A stretch of 31,231 nucleotides of DNA. Source: a virus. Lineage: Duplodnaviria; Caudoviricetes. Made by a program: the position numbers and the translations under genes. Within the stretch, counting starts at the first letter, position 1. The number at the start of each line of letters is the position of its first letter. Positions 24,153-31,231 of the stretch are shown here, piece after piece. The stretch lies in IMG/VR virus record IMGVR_UViG_3300026026_000012, positions 1 through 31,231 of that record, one strand, 5' to 3'. The notes under the pieces were generated by a model that searched no databases, was not told the DNA's origin, and saw only the letters and a program-made list of their open reading frames with translations.

Positions 24153-24819
24153 AACGTCGATCATCATCCGGAGATGGATCCTGTCCATCAACGGTGACGG
24201 GACCGAGAACGCCCTCACGTTCGATGCCGTCATCCGCGAGTCGCACACGAGTGAACTCGCCGTCACCGACAACCCCGTAGAGACCGGCGTTGTCATGAGC
24301 GACCATGCCTATATGCAGCCGCGCCGACTGAGCATGGAGGCCGCGTTTTCCAATACTCCAATCTACCAAAAGTGGTCCCACGATCCATCCACCGGAACCT
24401 GGCATCCGGTCTCGGGCGCGCCCGGCGTGCTCGTCGGCGGCGACGGCATCAAGACGGCAGCCAACAACGGGCTCCCGCGCTCGTGCAACGCCTGGGACGT
24501 GCTGACCAAGCTACAGGCGATGGCGATTCCGTTCGACGTCCAGACCGGGCTTGTCCTCTATCGCAACATGATCTTTCTCCGTCTGACGGCTGACCAGGAT
24601 AAGGACACCGCGGGTGCGCTATATTTCACGGCTGAGTTGCGCGAGATTCAGTACGCAACATCGCAAGCGGTGGCCTACCCGCCGCGTGCGCCCAAGCGTG
24701 TCCAGCCGAAAAAGAAGAAGGCGCCCGAGTCGACCGACGAGCCTACCGATTCTCAGATCAAGAAGAAGAAAGTGTCACTGCTGCTACAGGGAGCGCGCGC
24801 CGTGAGGGATGGCCAATGA
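24145..24819 (+). CDS. Baseplate / tube initiator (Dit-like) protein
   Basis: DAVIRESH...TDNPVETG...SDHA; VQTGLVLYRNM. Confidence 0.8.
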   Translation: MAETSIIIRRWILSINGDGTENALTFDAVIRESHTSELAVTDNPVETGVVMSDHAYMQPRRLSMEAAFSNTPIYQKWSHDPSTGTWHPVSGAPGVLVGGDGIKTAANNGLPRSCNAWDVLTKLQAMAIPFDVQTGLVLYRNMIFLRLTADQDKDTAGALYFTAELREIQYATSQAVAYPPRAPKRVQPKKKKAPESTDEPTDSQIKKKKVSLLLQGARAVRDGQ

Positions 24820-25196
24820 GCGTGATTGTGCCCTTCACCTCGGACGATTCGGCCTACACGTTTGAATGCCCGCTGAACGGCATTTCCTACCGGTTCGACG
24901 TCCGGTGGAATACCCGCGGCGGGTTCTGGCTCTTCGACCTGTACCGCGCATCAGATGACACTCTGCTGGTTGCTGGTGTACCGATTCTGCTCGGCGGGAA
25001 TCTGCTCGGCGCCTACCGGTACCTCGGCATCGGCGGTCTTTTTGCCGTCGACATGGGATCGAGCACGCAGAACGGATCGGTCAACGACGTCGCGACCAAC
25101 GTGCTGGTAAGCTCGGACGCGGGCGCGGACGACCTGGGCTCGCGGGTGAAGGTCTTCTATTACACGCCAGACGAACTCACGGAGGCCGGGTTGTGA
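24816..25196 (+). CDS. Baseplate plug-like protein
   Basis: RWNTRGGFWLFDL...GVPILLGGNLL; position. Confidence 0.75.
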   Translation: MSVIVPFTSDDSAYTFECPLNGISYRFDVRWNTRGGFWLFDLYRASDDTLLVAGVPILLGGNLLGAYRYLGIGGLFAVDMGSSTQNGSVNDVATNVLVSSDAGADDLGSRVKVFYYTPDELTEAGL

Positions 25197-26182
25197 CGTC
25201 ACTGCCGACTGGCGCCCACTGGGGAAAAGTCGTCCGCGTGCGCGTGGGCAAGAAGACCAGCGCGAGCGCGCCCGTGGTCGGGGTCGAGTTCACGCAGGCC
25301 CTCAAGATCACATTCGACGTCACCAAGACGATCTATCGCACGCCGAACGTCGGGACGATCAAGCTCTACAACCTCAGCGAGGACAACGAGAACCACATTC
25401 ACGACGAGTTCAACGACGTTGAACTCGATGCAGGCTACGCCGAGGATGGAGGTCCGCAGGGAATCTTCCGCGGAAACATCCGCTACGTGTACCGGTACCG
25501 AGAAGGAAATGACCGCATCACCGAGATCCAGGCCGGCGACGGAGACAAGGATTGGAAGGACGCCGAGGTCAACTTTACGCTGGCGGGCGGCCACACCGAC
25601 GGGGACGCGATCGGGAAGATGCTCGAAAGCCTTGGCACCACCACGCTTGGCTACGTGGCGGGAACGCAGATCACGAAACCCCACATCCTGGGCAAAACCT
25701 ACTCGGGCACCGTTCGCCAGGTCATGGACGTCATCGCCCGCAACAACAAAGCCCACTGGGCAATCCAGGACGGCAAGCTGGTCATGGTGCCCTTCGGCTC
25801 GACCATGCCAAACGAGGCCATCAAGGTCGATTCCACGACGGGCTTGCTCGGGGCGCCGCAGATCAACGACAAGGGCATCTCGATGAAGCTGCAGCTAGAT
25901 CCGAGCGTGGTTCCCAACGGCAAGCTGTGGTTGTCAAACAACGAGGTCAAGGCGGCGGTCTTCAAGGCGCCGATGCTGCTGCGAGAGCACCAGAAAAAGA
26001 GCAAGGCACACGTGCGGCTCGACCCAGACGGGGTGTACAAGGTACTGGTCGTCAACCATAAGGGTGACACTCGCGGGAATGACTGGTACAGTGAGATCAT
26101 GTGCATCGGCCTCGATGCAAAAATCCCCACGACCAAGAGCAACGTGCCAATGGCAGGATTGGAGACGTACCTCGGTGACTGA
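25193..26182 (+). CDS. Baseplate hub protein
   Basis: ITFDVTK, IKLYNLS, LDAGY, IFRGNI, AGDGD, WAIQDG, TGLLGAP, HKGDTRGNDWY. Confidence 0.82.
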   Translation: MTSLPTGAHWGKVVRVRVGKKTSASAPVVGVEFTQALKITFDVTKTIYRTPNVGTIKLYNLSEDNENHIHDEFNDVELDAGYAEDGGPQGIFRGNIRYVYRYREGNDRITEIQAGDGDKDWKDAEVNFTLAGGHTDGDAIGKMLESLGTTTLGYVAGTQITKPHILGKTYSGTVRQVMDVIARNNKAHWAIQDGKLVMVPFGSTMPNEAIKVDSTTGLLGAPQINDKGISMKLQLDPSVVPNGKLWLSNNEVKAAVFKAPMLLREHQKKSKAHVRLDPDGVYKVLVVNHKGDTRGNDWYSEIMCIGLDAKIPTTKSNVPMAGLETYLGD

Positions 26183-26837
26183 TACCACCCAGCAGGACCG
26201 AGAACGCGACGAAGAGTTGGTCGACGACGTCGCGGCAGCGTTGAGGTCCCATATCGAGGAGAACAACCTCGACCTGCACACGTGCCTGCCGGGCCACGTG
26301 GTGAGCTTCGATTCGGCGACCCAGACGGCGAAGGTGCAGCCGGGAATCCAGCGCATCTTTGCGCAGAAGGGCCCAGTGAACCTGCCAGAGCTGGTCGACG
26401 TTCCGGTGTGCTTCCCCGGTGGCCACGACTGGTTCTTGACCTTCCCGGTGGGGAGCGGAGACGAGTGCATCTTGCTCTTCAGCGAGCGCGCGATCGATTT
26501 CTGGTGGCAGAACGGCGGCACGCAACTCCCGGCCGAGTTCCGCACCCACGACCTATCAGATGCGTTCGCGATCGTCGGCGTGAACAGCAAGCCGCACGCA
26601 CTTACCGACCTGCGCACCGACGGGCCAGAGATCAGGACCCGCGACGGCTCGCACCGGCTGGCGCTGGCGTCAGGCTATACCTTCATCGGCACCGCGCAGT
26701 CGTCGATGGCGGCAAGCCTGGCAGAGCTTCCGATCATCACCCGCGGCGTGACCATGGCCGAGGCCATCGACACCCTGACGGAGCTTCCTCGCTTCGTCCT
26801 CGGCGGCACGTCCTTGCACACGGTGGTCAAGCCATGA
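26175..26837 (+). CDS. Baseplate central spike (Gp138/gpV-like)
   Basis: HTCLPG...VQP, LVDVPVCFP, GDECILLFSERAIDFW, HDLSDAF. Confidence 0.87.
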   Translation: MTDTTQQDRERDEELVDDVAAALRSHIEENNLDLHTCLPGHVVSFDSATQTAKVQPGIQRIFAQKGPVNLPELVDVPVCFPGGHDWFLTFPVGSGDECILLFSERAIDFWWQNGGTQLPAEFRTHDLSDAFAIVGVNSKPHALTDLRTDGPEIRTRDGSHRLALASGYTFIGTAQSSMAASLAELPIITRGVTMAEAIDTLTELPRFVLGGTSLHTVVKP

Positions 26838-27220
26838 GCAACAGAATCGTCACGCAGCTAGGCCCAGACGGCGACTTCGCGCGCGGCTTCTCCCAGGTGC
26901 TGTCGACGAGCGCCGCCACGGCCCAAAAGGTGAGGAGCCGGCTACTGTTGGTGCAAGGGGAGTGGTTCTTGGATCCAGACGCGGGTGTTCCGTGGTTCGC
27001 GAACGACGCCAGCGTGGACCCTCCCATCATGGGCTCGCGCGGGATTGACCTCGGATACGTCGAGAGAACTATCAAACGAACCATCCTGGAGACCGAAGGG
27101 GTCTCCAAGCTGGTCGACTTTTCGATGGCGCTCGATCGCGAAACGCGACGATGCTCCATCTTCACCACACTCGAAACCGACGACGGCGACGTGGAAAGCA
27201 TTGAGGTGTCGGTACCATGA
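26834..27220 (+). CDS. Baseplate wedge / sheath initiator (gp25-like)
   Basis: AQKVRSRLLLVQGEWFLDPDAGVPW, ILETEGV. Confidence 0.82.
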   Translation: MSNRIVTQLGPDGDFARGFSQVLSTSAATAQKVRSRLLLVQGEWFLDPDAGVPWFANDASVDPPIMGSRGIDLGYVERTIKRTILETEGVSKLVDFSMALDRETRRCSIFTTLETDDGDVESIEVSVP

Positions 27221-28416
27221 CCCAACTCACGACGAGCGGATTCACCAAGAGCACGCTGGCCGAGCGGATCATGCAGCTGCAGGGCATTTGGCAGTCCGCC
27301 CTCGGCGCCAATATCGACGTGGATGCCGATTCGCCCGATGGGCAGATCATCGGAGCGCTGGCCGAGATGTTCGCGAATCTCGACGACATTGCCGAGGCCA
27401 CCTACAACGGACTGCTGCCCGACGGCGCCATGGGGGACTTTCTCGCTCGGTTGGTGAAGCTCAACGGCATCAGCAAGAACGTCGGCGCCTACTCGACGGT
27501 GGCGTGTCTGTTCGAGGGAACCGCCGGTACCGTCATCCCCACCACGGCGCTCATCCGCTCGACTGAAGAGCAGGACACCACCGTTACGTGGTCCCCGATG
27601 GCGACCGTAACGATCGGAGGTGGCGGCACCCAGATCGGAACCGTCCAGTGCAATACCATGGGCGACAAGCAGGCGGCTGCAGGAACGTTGACGAAAATCC
27701 AGACGGTGATCTCCGGCTGGACGGCGGTCGGCAACGCGGCCGACGCCACCCGCGGCTACCTGTCCGAGACCGATGAGCGACTGCGGGCACGGAGAGGCCG
27801 CTCGGTCGCGGCTCCGTCGCAGTCAATCACCGATGGCGTCTATGCAGCTCTCGTGAATCTCGACAACGTCTCGCAGGTAGTGGTCTGGGAGAACGAGCAG
27901 GACACGGCCAAAACGATGCCGGGAGGATCGCTCGTGCCCCATTCGATTTTCGCCATCGTCGACGGCGGAGATCAGGACGAGATCGCCAATGCCATTTGGC
28001 TGCGGAAGTCGGGCGGATGCACCATGATGGGGGATGTTGCCAGAACGGTGGCCGATGCACAGGGGCACCTGCACACCATTCGCTTCTCTCGGCCGACCGA
28101 CGTCGACGTCTACATTGAACTCGACGTCACCAAGCGAGCCGGATGGATCGACGGATCCGAAACCATGATCGCGGAGGCGATTGTTGCTGCATCCGAAGAG
28201 CCGGGCGCGGTTCCGATCGGAGGCGATAGCAACAATGAATTTGCATGGTCGGACGTGCTCGCATGGATCGCCAGGGCCGGGATCGTCGGCTACTCGGTGA
28301 CTGCCGTCCGAATGGGCGCGAGTGCCGGCCCAACCACGCCGTGGCAAAACGTAGCGATCGACTTCGATGCCATCGCGCGCTTTGAGCTCGCCCACATCAC
28401 GGTGACGGCCACATGA
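27217..28416 (+). CDS. Baseplate J / gp47 family protein
   Basis: DSPDGQIIG, ETDERLRARR, PHSIFAIVDGG, IRFSRP. Confidence 0.92.
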   Translation: MTQLTTSGFTKSTLAERIMQLQGIWQSALGANIDVDADSPDGQIIGALAEMFANLDDIAEATYNGLLPDGAMGDFLARLVKLNGISKNVGAYSTVACLFEGTAGTVIPTTALIRSTEEQDTTVTWSPMATVTIGGGGTQIGTVQCNTMGDKQAAAGTLTKIQTVISGWTAVGNAADATRGYLSETDERLRARRGRSVAAPSQSITDGVYAALVNLDNVSQVVVWENEQDTAKTMPGGSLVPHSIFAIVDGGDQDEIANAIWLRKSGGCTMMGDVARTVADAQGHLHTIRFSRPTDVDVYIELDVTKRAGWIDGSETMIAEAIVAASEEPGAVPIGGDSNNEFAWSDVLAWIARAGIVGYSVTAVRMGASAGPTTPWQNVAIDFDAIARFELAHITVTAT

Positions 28417-29051
28417 GCATTCCAGCCATCAGCCACGGCCCACAGATGATCTTGCGACTGGCGAGTCAGTACGTCGACAAGACGAAATTTCGCGCGTTCC
28501 TGAATGACATGGCCGTGGTGCCAGACAACCTCGAGGCGGCATTCGCAGCCATCGGGATGTCGCTCGATCCAACGGCGGCCGAGGGGCAGCAGCTAGACAT
28601 TTGTGGCTCGCTCGTCGGCGTCTCGCGGACGCTGCCCAACGGAGACGTGCTCGCGGACGCGAAATACCGCGTGCTGGTGATGGTCAAGATTGCCCGCAAC
28701 TCCTGCAAGGGCACGGCTCCAGAACTGCTGGCGGCCCTGCGATACATCTTCAGCAACCCAGACATAGAACTCGACGATTCCGGTGGTATGGCGATGCACG
28801 CGCAGATCAATCGGTCGTTGACCAGCGACGAAAAGAGCGCGGTCGCGATTGCATCTGGAGACAGCCTAACGCCTGGAGGAATCTTGCCAAGGCCGTCGGG
28901 CGTGAGGCTCGTGTTGAGCGAGCGATCCAGCGTTAACTTTTTCTGCTTCTCTGACGTCTCAGCTCCAGGAACTCCGCTCATTGCGGGCGGTATTGGATTC
29001 AGCGACATTGCTACGCCCACCGGAACGTGGGCAGGAGTCATCACCATATGA
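28413..29051 (+). CDS. Baseplate wedge protein (DUF2612-like)
   Basis: AEGQQLDICGSLVGVSR, YRVLVMVKIARN, ILPRPSGV. Confidence 0.85.
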   Translation: MSIPAISHGPQMILRLASQYVDKTKFRAFLNDMAVVPDNLEAAFAAIGMSLDPTAAEGQQLDICGSLVGVSRTLPNGDVLADAKYRVLVMVKIARNSCKGTAPELLAALRYIFSNPDIELDDSGGMAMHAQINRSLTSDEKSAVAIASGDSLTPGGILPRPSGVRLVLSERSSVNFFCFSDVSAPGTPLIAGGIGFSDIATPTGTWAGVITI

Positions 29052-29704
29052 GCGAAGCGCAGCCTAGCAAACGCGAGATCCCATGGGCAAATAGCGCCGT
29101 AGCCGACAACATCGAGGAGCCATCAGACGGCCAGAAAGCGTCAGGATGGACAGGAACGCCGGCGCCTCCATATCAATGGTTCAACTGGATCCTGCGGCAG
29201 TCCGCGAAATGGATCGAGTATCTGCGAGGTCGCGGGATCCCTGACTATGCCGCCGCCGAGACGTACAGACTTGACGACGTCGTCCAGTACAGCCACCGGA
29301 TTTACCGGCGCATCGACTCGTCATCGACTAGCGGGATCGATCCATCCGACGGGCGATACTGGATCCCGTGCGACAGCACGTGCGACCTTGACGTGCCAAC
29401 GATCACGGCAGGTCGAGGGTCGGTCGCGAACATCACAGTCCTCAAACTAGGCACGGCAAAAATCGTCAGCTTCGCACTTAGCGGGGTCACAATCGGAACC
29501 AACCAGGATGTGCAGATCACGTTGTCCAGCTCTGCCGCATTCGACACCGCGATTCGCAACGTGCAGGTTACGTGCTTCTACGGCGCGTCCGGATTCTCGC
29601 CGTCGGCGACGTATCGGATCATCAGCGCGAACGTGGTAGAGCTGACATTCGCCGTCGGCGGAGACAGCTACGGGAACGCGAGCGTGACCCTGATCGGGAC
29701 GTAA
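29048..29704 (+). CDS. Short tail fibre / baseplate-attached protein
   Basis: GW...PPYQWFNW...RGIPDY fibre N-terminus; CBM-like segment; beta-rich C-terminus. Confidence 0.75.
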   Translation: MSEAQPSKREIPWANSAVADNIEEPSDGQKASGWTGTPAPPYQWFNWILRQSAKWIEYLRGRGIPDYAAAETYRLDDVVQYSHRIYRRIDSSSTSGIDPSDGRYWIPCDSTCDLDVPTITAGRGSVANITVLKLGTAKIVSFALSGVTIGTNQDVQITLSSSAAFDTAIRNVQVTCFYGASGFSPSATYRIISANVVELTFAVGGDSYGNASVTLIGT

Positions 29705-29708
29705 GGAC

Positions 29709-31231
29709 GTGACGGACTGGCAGGACACGGGCGCCGAACTCGGGGCAGAACTACAGGCTGCCAAGACGGCCGCGATCGCTGCCTTCATGGCGGCACCAGC
29801 CGAGAGCGAAATTGGCGCGGACCCTGCCATCCCGCCAGTGCTCTCGCGCCAGCAGCGCGCAACGCTAGGCATCCCGCTGTCGAGCGGAGATCGCTCGAAG
29901 GTCATAACCGTCACATGGCGCGCGCTTGCATCCGCGCACCTAAAGCACATTGGACCGGTAAGCAGCGACGGTAGCGTGCTGATTGGTATCCAGGAAAACG
30001 ACGACGGGATTCCGCAACTCGACCTGCGTAGCAAGGGCGGTAGCAGCTCCACCAAAACTAGCGCCCTCACCTGGGTCTCCGCCTACGACAAGGTCTTCGG
30101 TGACCTGGACTCGCAAGGCGTGTCCGACGACGGCGCGGTGGACCTTGGAGACGGCTGCGGTCCGATCTGGGTCGCACGCAATCGCGCGAATGCTGGGACA
30201 GCCCCCGCCGAATTTGGCATCGTCCACGGCACCGGACTGAAGATCCTCGCCGTTACCGGAGTCGATGCGCACAATCTACTCACAGCGCCGGTAATTTCGG
30301 CTTACCTCGGCTCGCTGTCGACCGCATTCGCGCCCGACCCATGGAGCCAACTCGACCTGTGGATCTGGGTGCAGGCGAATTGGGAGAACCGAAGCGCCAT
30401 GGTCGTCGGCAGCAATGACCGGATCATCGTCGGGTTCGCCTACAGTCACCTGACCACCGGAGTTCTCTACCCGCTGCTCGGGTGGAAGGTCCGGCAGTGG
30501 AGCGGATACAAGGACGCGGCGACCTTCGAGCAGCACATGCAGCACGTGACGAGCCCGAGCTACGCCCAGGAGGCATACAAAACCTGGAATAACGACACGG
30601 AGACCGAGCACGACGTATTCTGTTTTCACGTGCGGCCTGGCTACCACGTCGATGGCTACTTCGGCACCACGGTCGACGGAAACCTTCCGCAGCGCAAGGA
30701 TCTCACGTTCTGCGGGACTACCATGATGCAGGCATCGGGGATCAACATCGGAGCCGGCATCATCGCGCAGGCGTTCTACCCGACGATTTACTTCGGCGCT
30801 CAGTCGGCCGCCGGGGCGGGCAGCGGTGGAGCGAGCGGCCACCCCGCCATCATCGTGAAACGCTTGAAGGTCGAATACCTCAGCGTCGCCGAGACGATCG
30901 TCACGCGCACCTTGGGCTTCTTCGACGTCACGATCACCGACGGCAGCATCACCAGTTTCGCTACCAACCGCAATCTGCGCGCATATGGCATCGGCCCCCT
31001 CGTCGGTATCCAGGACGTAGGTTTTGAGGACGGAGAGCCAATGTCTATTACGTTCGGTCAGGACACCGCGATCACCAGCATGGGCGCTACGGGGCTCGTC
31101 CCGATTCGCGGTCCGTGGGATCAGGCCGAGGGCGCATACGTGTCAATCACTGCTGTGCCGTCCGGCGAAGAAATTCGACTGAAGTACATCACCAATAGCG
31201 GTGGATCTTTCAACGGCGGGTTGCCATATTT
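29709..31231 (+). CDS. Putative tail fibre / receptor-binding or other virion protein (3' truncated by window)
   Basis: GTG 29709 (MTDWQDTGAELG...); the frame appeared open to the window end in the stretches I translated; beta-rich; absent from the ORF track, consistent with having no stop. Confidence 0.65.
   Translation, partial: MTDWQDTGAELGAELQAAKTAAIAAFMAAPAESEIGADPAIPPVLSRQQRATLGIPLSSGDRSKVITVTWRALASAHLKHIGPVSSDGSVLIGIQENDDGIPQLDLRSKGGSSSTKTSALTWVSAYDKVFGDLDSQGVSDDGAVDLGDGCGPIWVARNRANAGTAPAEFGIVHGTGLKILAVTGVDAHNLLTAPVISAYLGSLSTAFAPDPWSQLDLWIWVQANWENRSAMVVGSNDRIIVGFAYSHLTTGVLYPLLGWKVRQWSGYKDAATFEQHMQHVTSPSYAQEAYKTWNNDTETEHDVFCFHVRPGYHVDGYFGTTVDGNLPQRKDLTFCGTTMMQASGINIGAGIIAQAFYPTIYFGAQSAAGAGSGGASGHPAIIVKRLKVEYLSVAETIVTRTLGFFDVTITDGSITSFATNRNLRAYGIGPLVGIQDVGFEDGEPMSITFGQDTAITSMGATGLVPIRGPWDQAEGAYVSITAVPSGEEIRLKYITNSGGSFNGGLPY

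Larger units (their letters stand above)
1..31231 (+). mobile_element. Tailed phage or prophage segment with contractile tail (end of early/middle region, packaging, head, tail, baseplate)
   Basis: Canonical order terS-terL-portal-MuF-protease-decoration-MCP-neck-sheath-tube-chaperone-TMP-baseplate-fibre, with many ATGA/GTGA overlaps. No integrase, att site or lysis genes are visible, so free phage versus prophage cannot be decided. Confidence 0.96.

Noticed and set aside
29237-29362. CBM-like segment in the short fibre protein
   Set aside because: Common in the N-terminal region of fibres from this tail type; not unusual

Overview
High-GC tailed-phage or prophage DNA with a contractile (myovirus-type) tail; nearly all genes are on the + strand. 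1-1400: end of a DUF5131 (Gp37/Gp68-like) gene plus small hypothetical genes. 1401-5675: a complete type IV-B CRISPR-Cas-like effector operon (csf1, cas11, csf2, csf3, cysH-like). I saw no CRISPR array, cas6, dinG or cas1/cas2 in the window. The operon has three extra parts. (1) An HTH + HTH + RelE-like gene lies between csf2 and csf3. (2) A 38-aa Gly/Lys-rich microprotein gene with a perfect SD lies between csf3 and cysH and is missed by the ORF track. (3) Directly after cysH is a candidate ~150-nt structured RNA, bracketed by two 37-nt promoter-like repeats and ending in an intrinsic terminator. 6343-31231: terminase, a portal with a C-terminal LuxR-like HTH, an inserted glycosyltransferase cassette, head, neck, sheath/tube, a tail chaperone with a -1 frameshift, tape measure, baseplate and fibre genes. 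All family calls come from motifs recognised by eye, not from database searches.
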